This document shows positions 37,326 through 48,760 of a stretch of DNA of 64,000 bases, piece by piece. Below the pieces are notes generated by a model. That model saw only the letters and a list, made by a program, of their open reading frames with translations, was not told the DNA's origin and searched no databases. The translations under genes were made by a program, and so were the position numbers. Source of the DNA: Macrostomum lignano (lineage: Eukaryota); assembly GCA_002269645.1 (NCBI GenBank), contig NIVC01003337.1, positions 1 to 64,000 on the forward strand, given 5' to 3'. Positions within the stretch are counted from its first letter, which is position 1, and each line of letters starts with the position of its first letter.

Positions 37326-40300
37326 TCATTCTTCTGCAGCTTTCTTTATTGCTCCTCCCGCTGCCCCGCTGGCTCGAATCTGGGTGATTTCTTCCACTGA
37401 TTTCTTGGCGTCTCGCAGAAGCCTCGCCCGAGTCTGCCAGTCTCGCTGCTCTTCTTGCTTTTGCTTATTTATCAACTCTTCAACGTACTCATCGGCAGTG
37501 CTTAGCAGGTACTGGCGATGGGCCAGCTGCTCAAGAACTTGCATGCATTTGTGCATTTTTACTAAGCTGTTTGATAAGTGCTCCCTGTGTTCGTCTATAT
37601 CGACTTTGAGACGGCTTTCGACCTGCTTTCTACGCCGTTTACCGGGATACCGCCGTGTGATGGTTTCCGCTGTCCTCTCTTCTTCTTTCTCGACGGTTTC
37701 TAAATATTTCTTGCCTGGCTTATGCTCAGAGAGACTGCAACCTCCTGGGCAGGCTGTGCAGTCGATTTCCTGCTGTGGCTGATCTCTCCAATGTGCCGAT
37801 CGCTCCAAAATGCAGCACGTCATGTTGCACTTTTTGCAATTTATAGCAACTTGGTTTCTGGGCAATTCTGAATTTGAGTTTTGCATTATTTTCACCAGGA
37901 ATTTAGTTTTGCCTGGGTTGCCAGCTGTTTTACTGACTAGCTCTAGCTCCTTCTCAAATATGGCAAGTTTTTCCAAGGTTTCTGTCAGCTCCTTCATCAG
38001 GAGTGTAAGGGAAACCTCGAGTTGTCTTGGATTACTTGGGCTGTCTTTGGCTTTTTGCTTCGATCGGAGACGCACACCGATTCGTGTCTTTTCCATCGCT
38101 TCAAACAGCTCAAGGTAACTGTGCTCATCCTCATCCCAGGCTCTCGCCTTTGCATCCAGCTGCATCTTCTCTTCTAGTTTTGTTTTTAACGAGAGATTTG
38201 AATCCCGCTTCGAGCTACCACTGTCGACATTATCAGAGTACAGAACTCCACTATTGAACTTGAAAAACTTTCTGTATGCCACGTTGCCGTCTTTGAGATC
38301 GGGGTGTGCAAAATTCGCATATCCTCCAGTGTAAGTCAAAACTGGCAGCGAGATCTGTTCGATTTCCTCGCCGAACAGTGACGTAATTTCTTTAAAAACG
38401 GTTATCTGAGAATCGGTACGTTTGTATTGCGATGCCTTCAGGACGAAGCAAATGCCGTGCAACAGTCCGGTGACGCCTGGCACTGCAGAAGTTCCTCCAT
38501 CGCCGAGCACCTCTGCGATTTTCTTATGAATTTGATCTCCCTCGTTCGGGTTTAGTCTGTTTCTAAATTCTGGCGCAACGATAAGTGTCAGCGGGGTGTC
38601 CATAGCGCTCCTGCAGCTTCCATCGGCACCGCCAGTGTTCACAGGGAATAATGTGTACACAATTATGTCTCTTTCACCTCTTTCTTGAGCCAGCCAGAAC
38701 CGGAAGTTTTGGGAATACGGAACTCTGTAGAATGCATTGGCGATTCCGTTAATAAACTCGGTCAATCCCGAGTCTTCTAAGCCGACAACGAGAAGAATCT
38801 TTGGAGGCATGACGAAAGCTCCGCCTTCAGCAACGCTGAATGACACTGGACCGACGCTGGAGTCATCATTTTTCTTCACCACATTCAGATTGAAAATATC
38901 ACCGGAAAATTTCGCTCCACTCCCAGTTGAGTCTTTGTAGCTGTAGCTGTCTCGAACAAATTGAAAGCAACAAGTTGCATCTGTCTCGGCTTCTGGGATG
39001 CTGAGCTTGACTGGGCCCATTGAGTCGGTCTGCGGATTCCAGTTAGAGACTATTCGGCTAGTTTCGTTTTGTAGCCCCTAAAACTCGAATGAGCACAAAA
39101 TGATTTTTGCTTTCCCTACGGAATTTATTGTGCTCTTAAACCTACAAATGCGCTTTCATTCCTACTCTCAAGTTTCTTAGGACGATAGCTAATTGAGTCA
39201 GTTTCCTGGCTGTGGGGTTTGGCAAATATCTGCAAGAGATTAACAAGAGCGACTTACAGGCGCTTTGCAGTCCACTTCAAAATACGGCGTGCCGTCGTAT
39301 CTGAAATTTAGCGGACATTGACTCTGTTTCCAGGCGCCATGATACTGGCTTACTAAAAATTACAATTCTTTCTATGATCTGCAAGCTGAACGCATTCTTA
39401 TTTATAATTTACTTCTTATAGCGATCCCACTTGACAGTTCGAATGGAAGTCTAATCTCCTGACTCACTTGGCAAGCAACTCTGCCAGCTGAAATGCCTCG
39501 GCTTTGAATTGCGCCAAATCCAATGCAGTTCTGCCATACTCGTTCCTCAGGCTCCAATCGGCACCTTTCCCCAGCAGGATGCTCCCGACTTCTGAGGCTT
39601 TCGCAGGAGCCTCCACGGCGACCGCCATGAGAGGCGTGCTGCCATAGATGTCCTGAAAATTTACGGAGGCTCCTGCGTCTATCAGGGCGAAAACGGCGTC
39701 CGAGTTGCCGCTGCGAGCTGCCACATGCAGGCAGCTCAACGACGCAGTAGAGGCGCATGTTGGGTCTGCCAGTGACAGCAGCTCCTGCCACAAATCCGTG
39801 TTGCTGCAGTTGATATTGTTGGCGGCCCACATTGCTGCGGTGAATCCATTAGGGTCAGGCAGGTCGCAGTTGTCACGATTGGCAGCTCTAAGCAGGCCCT
39901 CGAAGTCACCAGCTTGAGCCAGCTGCTCCAGCCTCTGCCGATCTGCCTGCTCCTGCAGTGGAGAATGCGGTGCAGTAAGGCCTGTCCTTTTATCACCCCA
40001 CCTGTCAGGCACTCACCTCACTAGTCAGACCGCTGATCAAACCGTACTTATCAAAGACGAGTCTCATCTCTCTGAATTGAATTTGTGACTGAAAGTGTGA
40101 CTATTGATGATTTCAACATTTACATCTATCTATCAGTAGTACAAACAACTAACCGTTCAATGAGATTGGCTATGGCACCTTTGGCGAGTGAAAACGCTGT
40201 TTGACCGTGCTTGTCTTTCAGTCCCAAAAGCTGCTCTCTCTTGGAGTTGCCTTTACTCAGGCATTCATTGTACTTAGATTGCCGCAGCTGGTGCAACAGG

Positions 40301-40749
40301 TGCTTGGCACACCTCCACGAATCAGCCCGAACCGCTTCCATCAGGGGGGTCGCGCCCTGCTCGTTCTGCAGCCACTTGCTCTCGAACGGCAGCAGTACAA
40401 GAATCTGGAGGTTGTCAGCTCTGGCTTCCAGGTGAGCAGCCGTGTCGCCAGCCCGGTCGGTTGCAAAAGGGTCAAAGTTCTGAGCAAATAAGTACATTAC
40501 GCACTTTTCTGTTCCGGCAGATTTCTGTTGCTGAGCAGTTTCGGCCAAACGCATGAGGACAGTCTTCTTCTTACTTGCTTTCAATAAGTGCACTATCTGT
40601 TGGAAGTCACCTTTGTTGACTAACTCGACCAATTTCTGCAAAATTAAAATGTATCAATGTCAGTTCTATTTTCTAGCATGTTGACTAGACAATCAAGGAA
40701 CAAAAATAAATCAAATTACTCGTGCTTCATCGAAACCTCCTTCAGCCAT
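37326..40749 (-). CDS. Ankyrin-repeat protein fused to a degenerate AIG1/septin-like GTPase domain with a Cys-rich and coiled-coil C-terminus. About 950-976 aa.
   Basis: Exons 40720-40749 (MAEGGFDEAR), 40154-40635, 40017-40071, 39468-39952, 39258-39300, an optional 39146-39229, and 37326-39077. All are GT-AG with consistent phases. Ankyrin motifs GDTAAH, GATPLMEA, GFTAAMWAA, GSTPLMAVA and GRTALDLA. The GTPase-like part has ILLVVGLEDSGLTEFINGIAN, GICFVLKAS, ITSLFGEEI and NCKKCNMTCC..CTACPGGC..SEH. The ankyrin-GTPase join is predicted, not observed. Confidence 0.75.
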
Positions 40750-42579
40750 TGTTAATCTGGTGTCAAAAATCAGTGCGCTGATGGCCGCTGGACTGTTTCT
40801 TGGAAAGCGTCCAGACCGGTACGCCGGTTCGCGGTGTGACTCAATCGAATCCTGCGGTTGTGGTGCATTTTGAGTGAATGGAGTTAGTAGAAACTAGCAG
40901 TCTGGTGCCCCCCGCTTGGGGGCGGCCAATAGGCAAGGGACAAAAATTATTCATGTGAATTTTGTTTGCGTCGACATCTCAGCAACTCCCCTGTAAGTCT
41001 TGACATCTCAACAATTCCCCCCTCGTAAGCCTTGACATCTCAGCGATTAACTCCTAACAAGCCTTGACATCTTAGCAATTCCCTCCAAGCCATCTACGAG
41101 CTTTTCTTACTTATTTACCTAGATGGTCTGCGATCTGTAATATGTCTAGATTAAATTAACAATTGCAGGCATCAAGCCCAGTGGGGCTGCATCAGCTGTA
41201 TAATTTATTTTACGATTATATATTTTACATATTTAGCATTTACCAGTAACTTGGTTATTAAGTTTATTTCCTAAGGCAAGCACTTACTTATATTAGAACA
41301 AATTTTGCGTAAAAAACTCACCTCGAAGCTTTTAGAATTATTCAAATATATATTAAAAAGTACGAGCTTACAATTATAAGTATCGTAAACCTGTTTTGCT
41401 GGCGTTGATAAAATTGTTTTTGCCTGGCCGTTTTAACTGGCAGGCATTCTCAGCATATATTTGTAGTGCTCTGAGAACAATAACTTTCTCAAACTGCCCG
41501 ATCTCTAAAGAGTAGCTGTTTAGTTTATCGGCACTTTAACTTAACTCATAAGTCTAAAACTAGTCATGAGAGCATAGCTGCCTACTGAAATGAGACCTGG
41601 GGTGCCCAAGGGTGCAAAATTAACAATAGCAAGTTTGTCTGTGCACTCATCAGTCTAAGTCAAGCATTTTGCATCAAAATAACTGTGTAAACAATTTATG
41701 AGAGTCATGTGACAACTCTTTTATGAGCAGCTGAGTCTACTGGACGGGCAGTGAGCTGTCAACTGTCTCGAGAGAGAGACACAGCCTCGGCGATATGAAT
41801 AGATGGCGCGTACATCTTTTTGGTAAGCCATGTCTGACTGCCGTACAAAGTTGTTTAGGAAACTGAACTTCCCAAAGGCACATCAACTGCATTATAGCTT
41901 AAAGCAGTTTTTACAGCAATTGAAACATTGCATGGCTTCAAGCATTGAAACGACAAAAACGTGCATCCAACGTTCTTTAAAGTCGCTCGGGGCGGTGAAA
42001 GGGCAGTGCGAAAGGACCAGTGGCTCCGACTACGATAGACATAGCTCAACCCTTTGCCAAGGCACCCTGCGCCTATGTTTGCTCTATGATATCATAATTA
42101 AAAATGGCAACTCTTGAAGGTTGAAATCTAGAAGACTGAAACTAATAGTGTCACTGTTGTTCGGCAGATGATAGTTCATAATCAGAATTCAGTGGAGTTC
42201 TCACCAATTGCAAGTTCCCCGCCTTCATTGATTTTGATCATACAGGCCTCGTCAAGATCCCCGTGTTTAGCATCGTTGGTCCAGGTGCTTTAAAAAATGA
42301 GCTCCAACCAGGTATTTACATGTAAATGTTAGATTCAGATAACATAGCTAATCGATGTATTTCAGTCGTGAATAATAAATATCTGAGCTAGAAAACTGTT
42401 TTTACGGTATGAGATGCAGTTGACGGAATCGAGAATTGTGCTCGGCTTCCCTTAAGCCTACGGGCGCCACAAAGGTGCTCTGATAACAGTGCCCCTGGCA
42501 TCCTAGAAAACTCGAATTGTTAAACAAAAGCTCAGTACATTTCAACCAGTTTTATTTAACTTTCCTCTGAAGTTAATCG

Positions 42580-44900
42580 TTAATCGTTACAGCTTTCAAA
42601 GCTTCCAAAATAAAAAAGTCGTCCCAGAATGAGCACAGATTCCCAGTTGTCATGGTTGGGGCTGCTCGCATTGGACTTCAGAATGTTTCTGGCGATTCGG
42701 TTGAAATCGCGATTGTAGAGGAACGCGTGGTCGAAACTCTTCGCCAAAGCCGATCTCCTGGTCAAAGATGAGGCATTCGTGTATTCTAACAAATTTAATC
42801 ATTTATCGCTGAGATAACTATTTCTGAGTAGTTGATACGGCAAAAAACAGCATCGATTTGTCATCAACCAATTTGCCACATGATTCACCACTAAGGCTGG
42901 TGTTGCAGAAGCTGCTGAGCTCCTGCCTTGCTTGCAGTTCGGAGAAATAGAATGACTTGAATGCCTCCGTGGCGACATCCACCATCAGCAGGTCCAGAAT
43001 CAGCTGCTGCTTGGCCTTAGAATTGAGAGGCTTTAGTCTTAGACTTCTTTGTTCCGTCCAGTCTGGAGGTACGGAATGTTTTGTTATCCATATCTTTCAT
43101 ACTTGCATTGCATTGGTGAGGTACAGCGCCAGGCTGGCAAAATTGATCAGGTCCGGCTTCGCGCTGTCGTACAGCGGTGGCGCCAGAGCGGACACCGGTA
43201 GGTGGACAAAATTTAACAGCTCCATTTCGTCTCCAGTTTGTGAGAAGAGTGAGTCACGGTGAGGCAAAGTATTTCGCACTCTGCTATAATTAGATGAAGC
43301 CCACCAGCTTCCCGGATACCTGAAAAAACGCCTTGGGACTCGGATACCTCTTGCAGAACCTGTGCAGGTCCGCTTTCCACTGCGCGATTCGCGACAGTCT
43401 GAGCATTGTTCCCGAAATCGAGTATGTCTCTCGATCCTTGCGACTCCTGCAGTTCTTTGTGATGTCGATAGTCTTGCAGAACAGGCTCATAAATCCTTTG
43501 CAGCTCATGCTCAGCGAGCTCATTAAAACCACCAACAAGGTGAACGGAATCGAATATGTCAGACATATTTGTGTGTAACACGTGTCATAACTGTGTATAA
43601 GTTTGACAGACAAATAACTTTCGTTTATTTACTCTCTTGAATTCATCGTCTCGAAAAAATTTAGCTTTTTATTTTTTCAGCACAGGGGTCAGGTGGACTC
43701 ATAAAGTCCATAGTTAGGTGAAGTCAGTTCTTAGAGTTCCGAAAAGTTTCACCGAAGATTTTCAGAGAGAAAGAAGCTTTCGAACCACTTTCTAACCAGT
43801 CTAGCAAAATATAGTTTCGAAACTTTGGTCATCGAAATTTTTTGGGCAAGTGTCAGTTAAAACAATTTGCAAAGTTGATTTTTTTACCTGTACATGTGTT
43901 CTCTCGTGGTTCAAAAACTCAGGTGGGTCGAGTCGAGTGTCATTTGAGTCGCCTTGCAGAGCGCTGACGAACTTCGGCTAAGAAAAAGAAACCTCAGTCT
44001 GGTTGCTGCAGCAATCGCTGAGATTCTGTATCCGAGAGGGCGAGCCGTCTTTTGGATACTCGTTGTGGCGACTGCGGTACCGGATGGGGGGGGGCGCAGT
44101 CGCGAGTCCAAGCGTTATAGTTGTCAATTGAAGACAACAGAGATGTTGCACTGTGGACAGTCTGGCTCACGTTCAGCTGAACAGACAACGAGATGCTGTG
44201 CTCTGACGAACAATCCGCTGATCTACTAGGCCAACTTTCTATAAATTTCAATAATGATGGACTCGTCTGTCATTAAGTCTAACTTTGCAAATATTTCTCT
44301 TATTTTGGATTTGCATTTGGAGCGGTCACAAAAATTAAAAAGTTGAAGTTGAGTTCACCAAACTGTTTGAAGCTGTTTCCCCCTCTGACAGTAAACATGG
44401 TATCGACGCCAGTTTTAACAAACTGTCGCAAGAAAATTCTCCATCTGCAGATGCCCGTCTCATCGCTCAACGCTGCACAGTTGCTCCAGCAGTTCAGCAA
44501 GCGCCGGTCGGAAGTAATGCCTTTAAAATGAATGCTTAACCTCCTCTGTTCTAGCTGTTTGCTTCAATTTGCGTCCTGCAGCTCTGTTACAGCTCGCTCG
44601 TGAAGGCTGACAAAGAGTCCATGAATGAGCTGCTTGGGTTGCTCTCAGCTTGCTCGTCAGAGAGCAGCTTGTGTAGCCGCTGTACCGCAGTGCCGAAGCT
44701 TTGCTGCAGTTGGGCTGTTGGGTCCTTGAGATTGCTTCAGCTCAGGGTTGTTCAAGCTATCGTATACTTAAAGCTGAACGGGGTTGACCCACAAGATCCT
44801 GCTTTCCAAGGCTTTGGCAAGGCAGTTTTTCAGAGGCCAATCAAGTGATTATGCTTTTTCGTCGTCAGTTGCATATCTGCAGGCGCATTGGGACAGAGCG
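42580..44900 (-). pseudogene. Decayed neprilysin/M13-like gene lacking HExxH
   Basis: NFVHLPVSALAPPLYDSAKPDLINFASLALYLTNAMQV* aligns by eye to the M13 consensus NxIxFPAGILQPPFFD...NYGAIGxVIGHEITH. Also EL*QSC (YxSC motif) and ALAELLEQL. Multiple in-frame stops and frameshifts. Boundaries are approximate. Confidence 0.55.
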
Positions 44901-46810
44901 GCGCCAATAAGCACAGTACAAGCAGTATTCTATGAGTCTAGTTGTTCGTTTGCAAGCTGCCAGTTCTTTTTCAGATAAATTGAAAAAATGCAGGAAGGGC
45001 AAGAAAGAAATATCATTTTAGTTTCTTGAAGGAATGAAGTCTGAAGTTTTAAATCTGAATGTAGCCGTGTGCTCATTTTATGAGTTTGCAGTTTAATGCT
45101 TTGCTATCGTATCAGTATGTGTAGCTGAAAAGCTTCCAATCATAGTAGGCTCTGTACGATCGATTTTGCCATATATTTATTTATCCGTTAAAAAGCGAGA
45201 AACAAGCAGGTTAAGCTTAAAAAGGTAGCGATAATAGCTGATCCTCAGCCAACCAGCAACCACCAATCTGTGAAAATTGGTTTCACCAAACCAGTTAATC
45301 TGCTTCAGCTGCAGACTGCAGACAGCTCACGGCAAAAATTCAGAACTGCAGTGACTCCTTCAACGAAAGTGCAAGACACCGTACTGCATGCATGTTTATC
45401 ATTTAAACTTTTGAGAACTCAATTTGAATTTTTTAAAAAAATTTAGACCTTGGTCTACCGTAGGTACAGTTGCATACGATTGTGACGCAATAACACAAAA
45501 ACCTAAAGCTTACTCAAAGCTTAGTACGATCTTAGTACTCGTACGTAGTGCCGGCATAAAAAATAAGCCAAGTGTATTGAACAAGCTTGATAGATGTAAT
45601 CAAATATATTTGAGGAAAGTTGGACGCAAGGATATTGGAAAAAAGGTAGTAGTTCAGCCAATAAAATAGTCAATTCACTGCTGTCTACTGGATACATTAA
45701 CTCGTTAACTTATTGGATAGATTTTAAAGCAGTTAATTTATATAGCCAACTTCATTTCGTCCTCTAATTCGTTATGAAAACATTGAGTAAAATAATAAAA
45801 CACAGCAAAAATATAACAGAAGCAACAGACTTAATTTAACCTCTTAGCTGGATAAATATTTGCGAGAGACTACTGAGGATAAAATAGTAATCGTTATGAA
45901 CTTAAAGTACTCGTACGCTCGTATAAAACATAATATTCTGGTTATGTGAAACACCGCGCGAATAAGGCAGAGCAGGATAAATATTTTTGTTCAGCAGAAA
46001 GAGACAAACAAGAAACAAACAAACATAAACAAACTGAAACAAAATTGTGTAGAAACAAAATATGAAAAACATGCTAGAAACAAAAACAAGAGAAACAAGC
46101 TTGAATAAAAAACAAGGTGTTACATTAAATCACAAACGCAAGAAAAGCGTAATATAAGACTTCCGAACAGCTCCTTCGATTTTTAGTAAGCCTCCTAATC
46201 ACTTATTGTTTGTAGAATACATCTTTGCAGTTGTGCTAATTAAGAAACTTTCTTGTACCGAGTGATATCAATATATTTGGCGAAGGTCAACTCGCACCAA
46301 GATTTTACAAGTACAAGTGCCAAGATTTTACACCTGTCAAGATTTTACACATGCCAAATTTTTACGCCTATATAAAAATTTTGCTTTTCTTGGTTTCTGA
46401 ATACGCAATTAAAGAGGATACAGTTAAATAATATGGATACAGTAAACAAAAAGAGCTTATAGTAACTGGGTAGTGAATAGTAGAACGTATAGTAGCGACA
46501 TAGGATATTAGTACGTAGTACTCGTAGTAAAATTAGAGTATTGTAGCATTAAATTTTAGTTTCTTAGATTAAGCAGCCAAATTAAGTAGGAAAAGATGTT
46601 TGTGAAACGTGTAGTTGTACTAAAAAGATATGATTCTAGTTGCCTTGGCTTAGACATCAGGTACCCTAGAAAAAAGTGAAGTTCAAGTAAAATATACATT
46701 GCTTTTTTTTAAGACCAGATTTTTGTAAAAGGAAAAAAACATGCCAGATGTAAAAACAAGAACCAGTTCCGTTACACCGAAAACACAGTCTTCACTTTAA
46801 CAACCGAGTG

Positions 46811-48760
46811 CTACGAAATTCCCACCTTAGGATTTGAACAATGGCAGCAAGCTAGTGGCTTGAGACAACAGAGGGGCTGTCGGCTTCTGGAGGAAGTCCT
46901 TGTACTTCTGGTACACTCTCGTCTCGTGAACTTGAACCACTTGGCAGCTTGGACTTTAATCATGACACGGCGTGAGAAAACAGAGAGGCTTTTGGCTTCT
47001 GGAAGAAATCCTTGTACTTCTGGTACACTCTCGTCTCGTGAACTTGAACCACCTGGCCGCTTGGACTTGAACCATGACCCGGCTTGAGACAACAGAGAGG
47101 CTTTCGGCTTCTGGAAAAAATCCTTGTACTTCTGGTACACTCTCGTCTCGTTCTGCAGCAGCACCTGCATCAGTTCATCTTTCTTCAAGTTCTCTGCACG
47201 GGCCGCGAGCTCTCTAATATCCCTAAGCTGCTGGATTCGCTCAGGGTATCCTTCACGCTTATTCATGTCCTCCGCCTCAATCAGCTTGTCAATGTAGTCC
47301 ACCTCACTCAGCGGATCAGGCTTCAGAGCAATCTCATGCAGTCTCTTAAGGCACTTTGTGCTCTCGCTAATCAGCTGCATCACTTTGGCTTCGGTTTGCA
47401 GATAATCTCCGTAGACTTTTTCCGCTAACTGGCTGGCTGTCAACAGCTTGCCCTGCGCATCGGTGTAGCGGTTCTTCAACTCTTCCGAAGTCTTCGTGAC
47501 GGATTCCCGTACAAAAATGAACCGATTTTGCCTGTTCTTGTGCACCGACCACACACAGTGCCCTGGGCATTCGCGGCATATGCCATCAGACATTGCAACA
47601 CAGCCTGCTTTGTCACTGTCTACCGGAATAGCACAAGGATAGTGACAGGTTCGGTTGCAGTTCAGACAGTTTGTGATGTAATGTCCTGGAGGAATAGCTT
47701 CTTCTACCCTATTTTCCTCAACAACCGTGTAGGTGAAGTTCTTGTTCCGGTTCAGATCTTTTCGATGACTTTTTATTACATCTATCTCACGCTCCAGTTG
47801 GTTAAGAGCGCTGATACCTAAGTGGATCTCGTTCTTGATGGCAATTAAGTGAGTTTGCAATCTCTGACGCTCAGTCAGAACGTCTTTTGTTAGAGTCAGA
47901 CTTTTGGCCTCTGTCTTGTTTAACTGAGAAAAGAAGTCCTTAAAGCTCTGCATTCCCACGTCCCAGAACATCTTGTTGAACATCTGGCTCTTGGAATCCA
48001 TTTCGTGGCTTTTGGCAAACACAGCCGAATTGTTGAACTTGGTGTGCGACTTGTACACGATACCCGCTTCTTTGAGCGACTCCAGTACCGGTGGGACGCT
48101 AGCGTCGGCGGAAGTGATCATGACAAAGATGTTATCGCCAATGTCCTTCCCAAAGAGGGAAATTATCGCGTCATAGACGGATCGCTGGGTCGATGTCAGC
48201 CTGGTGACACCAGACGGCACCACGAAGCCCACAGCGTCCAGATGATCGACGCCAGCTGGAGAAGAAAAGAACTCCCGAATTCGAGCTACAATCTTCTTCT
48301 TCTTCTTCTTCTTCACGATGCCGCCAGTGTCACCGAACCCAGGAGTGTCCAACAGCGTCAGAGTGAATGGCTGCTGGCAGCCCTCGCGGTGATGAAATGT
48401 ATAGGAGGTGACCCACTGTGTCTGGCTTTTTGAATGAGACTTCTGCTGGCTTTTTTCCTTGGAATCGGGGCTAATACTGAAGCGATAATTGTCTTCGAAC
48501 TTCAGTCCAAAGTTGTAGTTGACCATTGAATTAATCAGCGACCCAGTTTCACCAACCATCATGATCACCTTCTCTTCAACAGCTGAAGTTGGATCTTTGC
48601 GACCGAGCTCCATTTTCCGAACCTGGTATTTCTCATCGCATGCTGTCTGGTCCATTTGCAGTTCGTACTCAACTGGCTCTGCATCGCTGAGCTTCCGCGA
48701 AGAAAGCAGCAATTCATATTTTAGTTTATCCACAGAATTTGGCTTGACTTTTTGACTCAT
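46811..48760 (-). CDS. AIG1/septin-like (TRAFAC) GTPase-domain protein with a Cys-rich motif and coiled coil, P-loop truncated. 649-aa single-exon ORF.
   Basis: KVIMMVGETGSLINSMVNY, SQTQWVTSY, LLDTPGFGDT, AVGFVV, SLFGKDI, ITSAD, FNNSA, NCLNCNRTCHYPC..C..CPGHC..SVH and LHEIALKP. An acceptor-like tttctcacttcag lies just upstream of the ATG. Confidence 0.85.
   Translation of the reverse strand: MSQKVKPNSVDKLKYELLLSSRKLSDAEPVEYELQMDQTACDEKYQVRKMELGRKDPTSAVEEKVIMMVGETGSLINSMVNYNFGLKFEDNYRFSISPDSKEKSQQKSHSKSQTQWVTSYTFHHREGCQQPFTLTLLDTPGFGDTGGIVKKKKKKKIVARIREFFSSPAGVDHLDAVGFVVPSGVTRLTSTQRSVYDAIISLFGKDIGDNIFVMITSADASVPPVLESLKEAGIVYKSHTKFNNSAVFAKSHEMDSKSQMFNKMFWDVGMQSFKDFFSQLNKTEAKSLTLTKDVLTERQRLQTHLIAIKNEIHLGISALNQLEREIDVIKSHRKDLNRNKNFTYTVVEENRVEEAIPPGHYITNCLNCNRTCHYPCAIPVDSDKAGCVAMSDGICRECPGHCVWSVHKNRQNRFIFVRESVTKTSEELKNRYTDAQGKLLTASQLAEKVYGDYLQTEAKVMQLISESTKCLKRLHEIALKPDPLSEVDYIDKLIEAEDMNKREGYPERIQQLRDIRELAARAENLKKDELMQVLLQNETRVYQKYKDFFQKPKASLLSQAGSWFKSKRPGGSSSRDESVPEVQGFLPEAKSLSVFSRRVMIKVQAAKWFKFTRRECTRSTRTSSRSRQPLCCLKPLACCHCSNPKVGIS
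46861..47150. repeat. 112-nt tandem triplication inside the 3' end of the GTPase ORF
   Basis: Units start at 46861, 46973 and 47085 (tgagacaacagag...tccttgtacttctggtacactctcgtctcg). Confidence 0.9.

Noticed and set aside
39059-39071. ISRE-like agtttcgtttt upstream of the 564-aa ORF
   Set aside because: It falls inside predicted coding sequence (LQNETS) once splicing is modelled.
39464-40641. Two stand-alone ankyrin genes or a bicistronic operon
   Set aside because: In-phase donor and acceptor pairs explain them better as exons of one gene, although this is not proven.
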